From assembly GCA_000002435.2 (NCBI GenBank), contig CM018789.1: 64,000 bases of DNA; one strand, given 5' to 3'. Position numbers and translations under genes: made by a program. Of the stretch, positions 40,224 to 49,965 are shown in pieces; within the stretch, counting starts at the first letter, position 1, and the number at the start of each line of letters is the position of its first letter. This DNA is from Giardia intestinalis (taxonomy: Eukaryota). The notes under the pieces are model-generated. The model ran no database searches. It was given only the letters and a program-made list of their open reading frames with translations, and had not been told where the DNA came from.

Positions 40224-41987
40224 CTAATGCTCTGAAAGATTTGGAGGAGTAGACATTCCTAACTCGATATATATCGCCTCATCAGATCCGTCTCCATAAA
40301 GGCTATAGCCCTGGGTGATGAAAAGGTCGTTCCTAGTGTCTTCGAGGAGAGAGTCCGCAGGCCGATGTTTTTTATCACTGGTTTGGACTCGCTGTTTCGC
40401 CTCTGAAATAGGATCCAAACACGGCTCCTCTTGCAAACATGTGTTCGCCCCTCTCTCTTTGGCACCAGGCTTTTGCCCAGAATCACAAAGTGTAGGTGTG
40501 GAGTGGAGCTTAAGCACTCGTCTTGCTCGCTTTACTGTGCCATGTGTGGCAGTATCAATGGCAAGCTTGGGGACAGTCTTCGGACTATTATCCTTGCAGG
40601 AGGTCTTGGAGTCTAGTAGTTGTTCTATCACAGAAGGCTTCAGTCCGTGCAAATTACTCTCTCGCAGCGTCATATCTGGATCTAGATCGTTGATTGTCAA
40701 AATGGATGATCGGAGGGTATTGAGTACATTCTCGACGAGCTTGTCTTTAAGATCAGGATATTCTCTGCTCAAATTGTTTGTTGTAAGGCTGGGACGAGGA
40801 TCTAGTGTCTGTGGAGCAGCAATTGCTGAACATATTGAGTCTCGCGAAAGCTTAGAATTGTGCAAGGCCAATGTACTACTACGAATAGGTTCGAACATAT
40901 TCTTTACGATGTTATTCGCGCTGCCAATCCCTGATGACCTACTGTGTGAACTTCCAATGTAGAGTGGTGTGTATGCAGAGGCCTCCTCAGTGGAGAGAGG
41001 AATACCAGTCAGCGTGGTGTCCAAAAGACTCTTCGTGCCAGTGCTCTGGCTTCGAGATAAGATCAGCGCACTTGTCCCAAAGGTCTTGCACTGGGGAAGA
41101 ATGATTCTTTCTACTGGAACCAGGGGTTCTTGCGTCTTTATCTGGTTGGAGTGAGACAATTTCGGGTCCACTCTTCCAGGCTTAACACATAAGCACTTGG
41201 AGATTGCAAGGGAGTCACTGAGTGCCAGTGGATTTGGTATCAGTTCTGAGCTCTGTTTATAGTCTGGCTTTTGTTTTGACTTTTGTCTTAACTTTTCTTT
41301 GAAGCCTCGCTGTCCAAGAATGCTTTCTGACCGCTTTGGGTTCGTTACCGCCCGTCCCGTTACTGCATCCGATGGGTCTGGCCTTTTCTTTTTAGTGTGA
41401 GCAATCACCCTCCTTACTTCGCCAAGGGTGCTTAGGGATGAGGACCGCGCCCGTTGATAATAGATTTCTTCGAGAGTCTCCTGCTGATGCTTAGTTCTGT
41501 TGGACGGGTTAATGTATTGAAACGTAAGCTCACCCATTGAGGTACGATCCTCGCTGGCTGCTAATTTGGTTGTAATTCGCTGCTGGATTTCTTTAGAGTC
41601 AAGTGCATATGCTATTGTTCCGGGGAAAAATACTGTGTTGTCCGATGTTCCTTTGTCATTCAATGGCTGGCACTCCAGTGCCTTGTGAAAGGCCTCTGGT
41701 GGAGGACAAATGTTTTTCGCAAGCGACAATCTCTGCTGCTCAGTCTTTAAAATAACTTCATCCGATCGACGATTCTTCTGCTGCCAGGCCTTCTTCTTCG
41801 CCATTGCAGGCTTATAAAAGTAGTCATCATAGATGTCGTCTGCCAATCGAAGACAGTGGGACTCTGCCCGAACTACCTCAGCTGGTATGTACCGCACCTC
41901 GTACTCGTAGAGCAGCGTATTGTCTGTCTTCTTAGCTGTGGGCACTTTGTGCAGAGAATACACCGGGCTCAAGGCCGGTCTAATCAT
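40224..41987 (-). CDS. Hypothetical Ser-rich protein (587 aa).
   Basis: ATG confirmed at 41987..41985. Long ORF with low-complexity S/T/P-rich composition. No family recognised. Confidence 0.5.
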   Translation of the reverse strand: MIRPALSPVYSLHKVPTAKKTDNTLLYEYEVRYIPAEVVRAESHCLRLADDIYDDYFYKPAMAKKKAWQQKNRRSDEVILKTEQQRLSLAKNICPPPEAFHKALECQPLNDKGTSDNTVFFPGTIAYALDSKEIQQRITTKLAASEDRTSMGELTFQYINPSNRTKHQQETLEEIYYQRARSSSLSTLGEVRRVIAHTKKKRPDPSDAVTGRAVTNPKRSESILGQRGFKEKLRQKSKQKPDYKQSSELIPNPLALSDSLAISKCLCVKPGRVDPKLSHSNQIKTQEPLVPVERIILPQCKTFGTSALILSRSQSTGTKSLLDTTLTGIPLSTEEASAYTPLYIGSSHSRSSGIGSANNIVKNMFEPIRSSTLALHNSKLSRDSICSAIAAPQTLDPRPSLTTNNLSREYPDLKDKLVENVLNTLRSSILTINDLDPDMTLRESNLHGLKPSVIEQLLDSKTSCKDNSPKTVPKLAIDTATHGTVKRARRVLKLHSTPTLCDSGQKPGAKERGANTCLQEEPCLDPISEAKQRVQTSDKKHRPADSLLEDTRNDLFITQGYSLYGDGSDEAIYIELGMSTPPNLSEH

Positions 41988-42164
41988 TTTTTGGCGGTAG
42001 TTGAAGGGCCTCGGCGTCCCAGAGAAATAGAGAGCAATTATCCAGGCCTATGCGCCAAATAATGGGAGGATTTCTGCAATGAACCCAAGTGCGGGTCGGG
42101 CTGGATAGTGCCGCTTGCATCACAATCTTTCATATGCCATTTCTTCTAAAACAATGTATGGACC

Positions 42165-43931
42165 ATGAATAAATATCAACTACAACAAATAATGCTCGAC
42201 TCGGCGGTCGTTAACGCTATCCTGGAGATCCTCAAGGCTATCAACGACAAGGCTGGAGTCGTAGAGCAAAAGGATGTTACACGCGCAAGCGCCCTAGTCG
42301 CACGTCAATACAGTCTGCCACAGGCACCCTCTGTTGCGGACATTGCGTCCTCTCTTCCAGCAGCTCAGAAGCTAGAGTTATCTAGCTATCTTGTGCGAAA
42401 GCCTATCAGGTCCGCCTCGGGAGTTCAAGTAATTGCAGTTATGTGTAAGCCCCATCGCTGCCCGCACCAGGTCCGTACAGGTGCATCGTGCACATACTGT
42501 GGCGGCGGGCCAGATTCCGATTTTGCCTACTCGACTCAATCATACACCGGCTTTGAGCCGACTTCGATGAGAGCTATTCGGGCGAGGTATGATCCCACGG
42601 AGCAGGTTCGAGTCCGGATGGAGCAGCTTAGGCAGCTTGGTCACACCACGAACAAGATAGAAGTTGTCCTCATGGGAGGAACATTTCTTTCGACGCCACG
42701 CTCTTATCGCGACTCGTTCATATCTGGCATCTACACAGGGCTGACGGGGCATATCCCAGCGGGTCCCAAGCGAAACATAGTCCCAGAATCAATTTCCTAT
42801 GCTGCTCGCTCGTCTATTAAGTGTGTTGCACTGACCATTGAAACACGTCCAGACTATTGCGAGCCGCGGCATCTAGCTGACATGCTGCGGTACGGAACGA
42901 CACGTCTTGAGATTGGTGTTCAGTCTGTCTACGATGATGTCTGTGGAGACATCAACCGTGGTCATACAGTGCGGAGCGTAATTCGCTGCTTTGGACAGAG
43001 TAAGGACGCCGGATTCAAAATGATTGCACACATGATGCCCAATCTTCCTTTTACAAGTACCTTTAGAGACATCTTTGGATTCCAGGAGCTGTTTCAGTCA
43101 ACAAACTACCGTCCTGACGGTCTGAAGATCTATCCCACGCTGATAATACGTGGCACAGAGCTCTATGAGCGCTGGCGTTTGAACAAGTACCTGCGTAACT
43201 TACCGACGCACAAGCTCATTTATTTATTAACCATCATCTATGTTTTAGCGCCCCCATGGGTAAGGATCTATCGAATAATGCGAGATATACCTCTGCCACT
43301 TATCTCTGCTGGCGTGGACTCGTCGAACTTACGCGAGCTTGCTCTGGCGTCCCTAGCACGCTCTGAAACACAGTCACTGGAAATCAGACAACGGGAGTCA
43401 GGAATTGTCGAAGCGGCTTCCAATGAAATGACTAAGAAGTCTCTATACACACAGGACGGAGGAAACGCCCGTGAGTCTTCTACTGATATTACCCCAGAGA
43501 TCTGTAGGAGAGACTACTGGGCAAACGGAGGTTGGGAGACCTTTCTCAGCATTGAGGCGCCAATAGACTTGGACACCACTCCTACCTCAAAGGCTCGAAC
43601 GTCTCCGCCTGTCCTCTACGCCCTGTGCAGATTGAGAAGACTTCCGCGAGGTGGCGGAGGGCGTTTTCTGGGCATTCGTCCAGAGCTACAGGGGAAGACG
43701 TCTCTGATCCGAGAGGTGCATGTATATGGTAATGCAGTGGGCTTGAGTGAGCGAGGAGTCAGTGTCCAACACAGAGGCTATGGGCGTATACTCGTCAGGG
43801 AGGCGGAGCGCATAGCCAGAAATGAGCACAAAAGCGTCAAACTTGCCATCATAGCGGGCGTTGGAACTAGGGAATACTACTCTAAATTGGGCTACGCCCT
43901 TGATGGCCCATATATGTCACGGACACTCTAG
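42165..43931 (+). CDS. ELP3: Elongator complex protein 3 (radical-SAM plus GNAT acetyltransferase; tRNA wobble-uridine modification).
   Basis: Near-collinear with ELP3 as I recall it: VIAVMCKPHRCPH, C.YCGGGPDSDF.YSTQSYTG.EPTSMRAIRARYDP, RLEIGVQSVYDDV..D.NRGHTV, AHMMP.LP, RDYWANGGWETFLS, ELHVYG, GVGTR.YY.K.GY.L.GPYM. Confidence 0.92.
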   Translation: MNKYQLQQIMLDSAVVNAILEILKAINDKAGVVEQKDVTRASALVARQYSLPQAPSVADIASSLPAAQKLELSSYLVRKPIRSASGVQVIAVMCKPHRCPHQVRTGASCTYCGGGPDSDFAYSTQSYTGFEPTSMRAIRARYDPTEQVRVRMEQLRQLGHTTNKIEVVLMGGTFLSTPRSYRDSFISGIYTGLTGHIPAGPKRNIVPESISYAARSSIKCVALTIETRPDYCEPRHLADMLRYGTTRLEIGVQSVYDDVCGDINRGHTVRSVIRCFGQSKDAGFKMIAHMMPNLPFTSTFRDIFGFQELFQSTNYRPDGLKIYPTLIIRGTELYERWRLNKYLRNLPTHKLIYLLTIIYVLAPPWVRIYRIMRDIPLPLISAGVDSSNLRELALASLARSETQSLEIRQRESGIVEAASNEMTKKSLYTQDGGNARESSTDITPEICRRDYWANGGWETFLSIEAPIDLDTTPTSKARTSPPVLYALCRLRRLPRGGGGRFLGIRPELQGKTSLIREVHVYGNAVGLSERGVSVQHRGYGRILVREAERIARNEHKSVKLAIIAGVGTREYYSKLGYALDGPYMSRTL

Positions 43932-44063
43932 CCCCCAGCCAGTGTAGTCAAGAACAAGCAAGGTACTATTTACTGATACAAAATTAGAGTTAAGACAGAA
44001 CACATACAAGCACATAGACACCTGTACACATAGATTTAGACGAATTTGGTAGGGTTTGTGCAA

Positions 44064-44972
44064 TTACTCATCGACCTGAGAGGACCTGAGAATGCGGGAC
44101 AGCGTGGACACAGAGATGACCCTAGTTAGGGTCCCACTGGTTATGAGCTCATCGAGCATCCGTGTCAATGACTTATTCTTATTTTTACACATCTCGCGGA
44201 TCATTGCTGTTTCTTCATCGCTTAGACCCTTTGGTCTCCCCAGCCTCTTGTTCTCATCGCGATTATTTGGTTTGATGCCTTTTAGTCTGATTATCCTGTA
44301 AACCTGGGAGCGCGAGACTCCAAATGTATTCATAATGGTTCTAATCGGCGTATCTTCCTTGTGCATATCCATGATTTTGCGCCAATCAGAGGCAGAGAGG
44401 CGTTTGTGTGTGTCAACTCTGGTGATGGGTTCAGTCTCAGCGGTAGAAGGGTCAGAGACAGCGGATTGTGGATAACCATATCTACTTCCAACCAAGGTTG
44501 TCCGAGGTGAGCCAGAAAATTGTCCGGGAAACACATTGTTAGGCAAGTAAGGATAACAGGAGATTCCCGGCTGTAGAGAGGGAATGGTGTGCGGCGCTCC
44601 TTGACAGATGCCTGTCGGCCAAATCCCAGGCAGATTGGACACATTAGGGAAGGCCCCTAGCCTAGCTATGCTGTTAGTCCCAAAGCTAGCAGGAGGTATT
44701 TGTTGGAGAGACTGCAGTGGAATGGTGGAAATGGCTGGCGATTGTGTAGCCCCGTTCAGATTCGGCAGCCCCTGGATGGCCGAAAGGGATGTTGTTCCAG
44801 GGTATGACACGCCTCCCAGCTGTATAACCGAAGAGGATGCTGGGTCGTCGCCTTGAACTGATCCTGTAACAGTGGGGAAAAGCTGCATATAGGCTTCTCC
44901 TTGCGATTGCTGAGTAGTGGCTGGATCTGGAAAGGTTGTTTGAGAGATAACTCCATAGAAGGACCCCTGCAT
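44064..44972 (-). CDS. DNA-binding protein with a C-terminal paired/Tc1-type double HTH; candidate Pax-like transcription factor or domesticated transposase DNA-binding domain.
   Basis: N-terminal Q/P/S/G-rich low-complexity region. C-terminal ...TPIRTIMNTFGVSRSQVYRIIRLKGIKP...GRPKGLSDEETAMIREMCKNKNKSLTRMLDELI...VSVSTLSRILR. This has the two-HTH layout of paired-box and Tc1/mariner N-termini. There is no DDE domain. Confidence 0.5.
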   Translation of the reverse strand: MQGSFYGVISQTTFPDPATTQQSQGEAYMQLFPTVTGSVQGDDPASSSVIQLGGVSYPGTTSLSAIQGLPNLNGATQSPAISTIPLQSLQQIPPASFGTNSIARLGAFPNVSNLPGIWPTGICQGAPHTIPSLQPGISCYPYLPNNVFPGQFSGSPRTTLVGSRYGYPQSAVSDPSTAETEPITRVDTHKRLSASDWRKIMDMHKEDTPIRTIMNTFGVSRSQVYRIIRLKGIKPNNRDENKRLGRPKGLSDEETAMIREMCKNKNKSLTRMLDELITSGTLTRVISVSTLSRILRSSQVDE

Positions 44973-45150
44973 AACCCAACCGCTTTATTATTTCAATTTA
45001 AATTAGACCAAGCAAAGCTGTTATTTCTCTGCTCTGAATTTTGGCGTTTAACATTCTTTTTCTAAATCCGACCTATATGAATGTTTACAGGATAGTATAC
45101 GTTTTCATCGTATAAAAACGCCAACGAGTTTTTTTTAATCGGACTATGGT

Positions 45151-46620
45151 ATGATCATCCAACACCCGGATTCCTGCGCCCTAGGCCTATCAAGTCCTGT
45201 GTGCAGCACAGTGCTGTGCATCCGTGAGATAATCGATATCATTGCAAATGCATGTTTACAGGATAAACATTTAGGCAAGAAAACACACACTCTCACGCTT
45301 TCTGACGCGAGTATTTTTTCTGAACCGCTATCTAAACGCTATCCTGCTAGAGACGCTTCCGTGGCTACAGACACCAGAGTTCGACACTGCCAGGAGCGTC
45401 CTAGCATCAGAGGTTGCACCACAGGAGGCATGGTAGCTGTGAACTGTAAGCTCGATGGCGGCAGGTTCATTACATTAACAATAGCAATCTCCGGCCTTCC
45501 TATCTCATGTGAAGAAGGTCAAAGACTGGCCAATCTTATCTTTTTGGACAACCACAAGGAGTGTGAAAGTAACGATAAGTTGTCACTACTTGAACGTTTT
45601 GTCCTGGATCTAAGGAGTGTGATTATATCTGCAAACAGATCTACCGGAAAGCCTGCCATCATTGAAATCCTTGATGCTGCAAGCAGGCTTCGATTTACGC
45701 TCCACATTCCTCAGAAGGACCTGCGCTACTGCGCACACTATACTCTGGAGGAGCCGGGCATGCTCCTTGAACTGGCACTTCCAATGGAGACAAGTCTCGG
45801 CAAAACCCTTAGGTCCTATCTTGATGCCCTGGCTCTAGGGTTCTTTTTCATTCTTCATCCCAGGATAGTGTTCTATGCTCCCGTGCTGGGGTTAAGCGAA
45901 GACTTTCTTCCTCGGTATCAACTGACAGCCGATGAGGATTATCTACGTACTACACTGGCTAGGCTATATAAAAAGGACCTTGTCGTTGCTACCAGTGACA
46001 CTTCCAAGAATGACTACTCTCTAGCTGTTTCCATTTGCATGTCGCCATCTTCAGAGCGCTTAGATCACTTTTCGGTGGAGTACTTGGTAGTAGTTAATAG
46101 CACACCATTGACAGGACTACGCTCTCCCTTATGTCCCACAGCATTGGAGAGTCTAGACTTCCTTGCGGAGTATGATATAACTCTCAATAGATTTGCTCTG
46201 GCTGATGAGCTTACTTTGGAGAGACCCTTTAGTTCATTTTACAGAGCAGCTCCTCAAGGTGGTGCACTAATAGAATCCTGTGTTATCGTTGTAGCCATTT
46301 ACTCTAACAATTGTGCAGGGTTTACAACTCCAGACAAAACGTCTCTGGTTGCTCATCCTGTCCTCTCCTCTGATGTACTGAATAACCTTATATCTGCCTT
46401 TTCGGAGTGCACGTCTAGATTTCCGTCTGGTTTGAAGAAAATAAGTGATCAGAAGCAGCAGCTGCAGCAGATGTCCATTAAGCATATCCTCGCCGACATA
46501 GGAGTACTCTCGTCACTTCTTTTAACTGAAGAGGAATCAAATGCATTCACTCGCAAACACCATGCCATGTCCCTTGAGGAGGCTATCTTTAAAGCTTTTT
46601 CGCCCATCTTAGGTGAGTGA
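45151..46620 (+). CDS. Hypothetical protein (489 aa).
   Basis: ATG at 45151 after ttttttttaatcggactatggt. No family recognised. Confidence 0.5.
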   Translation: MIIQHPDSCALGLSSPVCSTVLCIREIIDIIANACLQDKHLGKKTHTLTLSDASIFSEPLSKRYPARDASVATDTRVRHCQERPSIRGCTTGGMVAVNCKLDGGRFITLTIAISGLPISCEEGQRLANLIFLDNHKECESNDKLSLLERFVLDLRSVIISANRSTGKPAIIEILDAASRLRFTLHIPQKDLRYCAHYTLEEPGMLLELALPMETSLGKTLRSYLDALALGFFFILHPRIVFYAPVLGLSEDFLPRYQLTADEDYLRTTLARLYKKDLVVATSDTSKNDYSLAVSICMSPSSERLDHFSVEYLVVVNSTPLTGLRSPLCPTALESLDFLAEYDITLNRFALADELTLERPFSSFYRAAPQGGALIESCVIVVAIYSNNCAGFTTPDKTSLVAHPVLSSDVLNNLISAFSECTSRFPSGLKKISDQKQQLQQMSIKHILADIGVLSSLLLTEEESNAFTRKHHAMSLEEAIFKAFSPILGE

Positions 46621-46659
46621 AAAGCAACCTATAGAGTGGTTGGAAGTGCTCTGGTAGCC

Positions 46660-47592
46660 TCAGTCAGCTATCTCGTCGTGTCCCATGGTGATCGTGCACA
46701 GGTTTGGCACGTCTTCACGTTTATACTGGTTGAGGACAGACTTGCACTGACAAAGAACCTCTGGTTTTTCCAGATCGGTTGGAGATGGCTTGAATGTATC
46801 GCCTGTACCAATGCAGTGCCCAGTAGAGCAGTGCCGTATAACGACTGGCTGATCTACTAGCACTGGGTGGCCCTCCATCTCCAGTCTGACACTGGTGTGG
46901 TATGGTTCAATAACGAACTCTGCATCCTTGTGGAGACAGTTAATGTCTCCTATGACAGTGTGAATAGTAGAAGTATTTGCTGTCCTAACGCACCCTAGAA
47001 CAACCTGGCCGCAGCCCTTGTAACGATCAGACTCGTCTATCATGTCTTGGTTGCACGTTATGTAGACGCGCTCTCCGTAACGAACAGGGGCATCCTCCCC
47101 AATCATATTATTAGCAGACATAGTGGACATCTTTGTTTCATAATTAGCAAGCTCCTCGTCCTTGAAAAGGTACTTGAGGCGCTTGCCATATTTAAGGATG
47201 CCCTGGTCACTGACTGCGCTGTCTTGTGCCCGTGTGACAGTAAATACGGATCTTCGAATGGGGGCAATGTCCGATGTGAAGGAAACGCGACTTCCTCGAT
47301 CATACTCTTTAACCGCATATCTAGGGTCGCAGGCCAACATAAAAGGCTTTGTATTGTGATTGATAATCATAACACGATCGTTTGGGAAAAGAACCTTACC
47401 CTCAGCTAGCTCTACAGGCTTCAAGATGTTTTCCAGTTGCTTGATGACCTGGACCGACTTTAAGTCCCCTCTGGAGGCAGTATCAAGATACTTTGCAAGC
47501 ACCTCATCACGATAGGCCCGTTCCTCAACCCAGTTATTTATCATTGTTCTACATGAATAGATGTTCTGCACGACTCCTCCGAGATGCTGCAT
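46660..47592 (-). CDS. Hypothetical protein (310 aa).
   Basis: ATG confirmed. It shares a 55-bp AT-rich divergent promoter with the next gene. Confidence 0.5.
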   Translation of the reverse strand: MQHLGGVVQNIYSCRTMINNWVEERAYRDEVLAKYLDTASRGDLKSVQVIKQLENILKPVELAEGKVLFPNDRVMIINHNTKPFMLACDPRYAVKEYDRGSRVSFTSDIAPIRRSVFTVTRAQDSAVSDQGILKYGKRLKYLFKDEELANYETKMSTMSANNMIGEDAPVRYGERVYITCNQDMIDESDRYKGCGQVVLGCVRTANTSTIHTVIGDINCLHKDAEFVIEPYHTSVRLEMEGHPVLVDQPVVIRHCSTGHCIGTGDTFKPSPTDLEKPEVLCQCKSVLNQYKREDVPNLCTITMGHDEIAD

Positions 47593-47647
47593 TCTATAGT
47601 TTTAGGTCTGAGTTTTTAAATTTTGGTCCAGAGTTCCCCTCCACCAT

Positions 47648-48610
47648 ATGCCAAAGCTTCTCACGCGCACGCATGTGCCTTTAGGCTCGTGCACCTCCAT
47701 GACGCCTATACAACCCTTTTATTCAGGAGTGTTAATAGGCACAAGTACTGGCCACTTATTTCTGATTACCTACGTTAAAGGAAGAGCGAGAGTAAGCACT
47801 CCGAAAGGGACTGTAGAAAGGAAGAGTCCAGTTGTTGAGCTTACCATTTGCAAAAACCAACTGGCGGTTATGCGCAACTCTGGGCTTCTACAGATTTATG
47901 AACTACGGCTGGATGAATCTAGTGCTTCACCATGCTGTTTGCAGCTTATCTGCGAACACTTTGTTGACGAATGCCCAAGGTTTAGGCCGCTGTTTCTAGA
48001 CACGGAAACACTGCTTGTTGTTCGCAATAGTGCCTTACACAACCTCTTAAACAAGGAGGAGCAGGTACTGCTGGGCTCTGGTACACTCCTTGGTATAGAA
48101 CAGCTGAGCACACATAGTACTCAGTTTGTTCTCTACGGGGATGGGCTTACATTATGGAAGTGGACGAGAACATGTCCTACTATTCAGTTACAAAGTTATC
48201 TACTAGACCTACACAGATATGCTGCAATTGAGACAGAAGTTACTCCATGTATAATGGATTTCTCTATCCATCAGGGGTTTGCCTTCTGTGCTACTAACAT
48301 GGGTCTATTACTATACTTTCCAGAACCGCAAATTTCAGAGCCCCTTACGGTAGATGGAAAAATTTATCCGATGGTTTATCCGACAATCTGCTTAACAACA
48401 CGAAGGCTTCTCTTTTGGGACAATCTAATAGTACCGTGTGGGGGACATGGTCTAGAACTTCTTTCACTTAAGGTATCTGAAAACACAACCCCCGATATAA
48501 CTGGGATAACCGTCATGACATTTGAAGATAGCTCTACATGTGGCGCTGTTTCTAGTGGACTGCTTTGGATATGCACTGGTGGAGCAGGGATATGCCTGCT
48601 AACAGATTAA
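47648..48610 (+). CDS. Hypothetical protein (320 aa).
   Basis: ATG at 47648. Its stop codon overlaps the stop of the convergent gene (TTAA). Confidence 0.5.
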   Translation: MPKLLTRTHVPLGSCTSMTPIQPFYSGVLIGTSTGHLFLITYVKGRARVSTPKGTVERKSPVVELTICKNQLAVMRNSGLLQIYELRLDESSASPCCLQLICEHFVDECPRFRPLFLDTETLLVVRNSALHNLLNKEEQVLLGSGTLLGIEQLSTHSTQFVLYGDGLTLWKWTRTCPTIQLQSYLLDLHRYAAIETEVTPCIMDFSIHQGFAFCATNMGLLLYFPEPQISEPLTVDGKIYPMVYPTICLTTRRLLFWDNLIVPCGGHGLELLSLKVSENTTPDITGITVMTFEDSSTCGAVSSGLLWICTGGAGICLLTD

Positions 48611-49965
48611 AAGTTGGTGACCAACTTGGAGAGGGCTGCTCTATTCATCACATTGAAATCTGTAGCCAGCTTTATAGCATATAGTGCCCACTCCCGAGCA
48701 CCCGGGCAACCAAAATCTCCCGAGCAGTGTATCACAATAGAAGGCAGGCCATCTAGAATTCGAAGCGTCTCCTGGCTTGCTGGACATGATGCTAACAGTT
48801 GTGCAATTATAGTAAGCAAGCCGCTCCTATAGCCCGGCCAAAATATTCCGTGTGAAACTATATCATCGCAACTAACGGAAATATTAAATCGTGCACCTTC
48901 GTTCAGTAATTCTTCAATGTGTTTTTCTTGATCCTTTATTATAAACCCTGTGAATCCGAATTGGCCCGACCTATTCGGCTGCATTCTGATTGCATGTTGA
49001 AGAAGGAAAATGCAAACACCCATACATCCAGCCTCTGTATACTCTTTTCGAGATATTGCATCGGTGAGATGTTCTGTAGAGAGGCGTATTATGTCTAAAA
49101 GCGACAGAAGTGTCTGAAAGCTATCATAAGAAGCTAGACCTAAACATCCACTACTCTGGCGAACAACTTGCTCCAGAAAGTCTCTGCATTCGAGTAAATA
49201 ATCTACGGCTTCAGTATCTATCAAAGGGCCGGCCTCCATGGTAGAGTTGACATTCAGGCGTCCATTGAGTAGGGAGACAAGTGAATCGGTACCGGCTGCT
49301 CCTAGATGATTGATGTCCTCCTTCCCTTGCATATCAAACCCTGGAACATATGGTATTCCGATTTCCTTTCCAGCCGGAAACGATACTCTTGAGTAGAGTG
49401 TCGAGACACCAAGGATGGTGCAACAACTTTCAACTAACCGGCGTATGACAGAGCTTGAAAGGGCAGACGTGGAGGCAACTGTTGACAAAAGATCCATGGT
49501 CACCTGGTCGATGGGGAGATCTGAGACATCGCAGAAGCATGCATGGCTGGTCACCAGACGTTCGACAACAAGAAGGGCAACCCGGCCACAGCGCGACTCC
49601 TGGTCGGCGGCTGCCAACAGATACCTGTGTGCCTCTGCAAATAGCATAGATAGCATCTTACCAGATGCAGGAACAGGAATGGGCGAGGAGACTGGAGCCG
49701 CGGGGGTGGGGGTGGCCACCTGCAGCAGAAGGCCGAGCACGAAGACGAGGGCCTCACGTCCATCGGCGTTGAGCCGCGGGAAGGCCTGGTCCAGGGCGGC
49801 GAGGAGGGAGGGGCACGCGCGGACACTCGCGCAAGCGGGGGGCGGCCCGCCCTCCAGGACGCGGCCCAGACGGCGCAGCCCGCGGGTCAGGTCCTCGGGG
49901 GCGGCGAGCCCGCGGACAAACGCGGCGGGGTCGTCGAGGCCCCCGCAGCCGACCGGCTTGGTCAT
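48607..49965 (-). CDS. Ataxin-10-like protein (Atx10 homology/association domain). The start is uncertain.
   Basis: C-terminal ...CPGAREWALYAIKLATDFNVMNRAALSKL resembles the conserved ataxin-10 C-terminal motif (..REWAVFAIRNL.EDN..NQ..IA.L). The track start at 50118 is GTG and would run through a same-strand tRNA. The first ATG downstream of the tRNA is at 49965, 14 nt after the tRNA 3' end. An alternative ATG lies at about 49656. Confidence 0.5.
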   Translation of the reverse strand: MTKPVGCGGLDDPAAFVRGLAAPEDLTRGLRRLGRVLEGGPPPACASVRACPSLLAALDQAFPRLNADGREALVFVLGLLLQVATPTPAAPVSSPIPVPASGKMLSMLFAEAHRYLLAAADQESRCGRVALLVVERLVTSHACFCDVSDLPIDQVTMDLLSTVASTSALSSSVIRRLVESCCTILGVSTLYSRVSFPAGKEIGIPYVPGFDMQGKEDINHLGAAGTDSLVSLLNGRLNVNSTMEAGPLIDTEAVDYLLECRDFLEQVVRQSSGCLGLASYDSFQTLLSLLDIIRLSTEHLTDAISRKEYTEAGCMGVCIFLLQHAIRMQPNRSGQFGFTGFIIKDQEKHIEELLNEGARFNISVSCDDIVSHGIFWPGYRSGLLTIIAQLLASCPASQETLRILDGLPSIVIHCSGDFGCPGAREWALYAIKLATDFNVMNRAALSKLVTNF

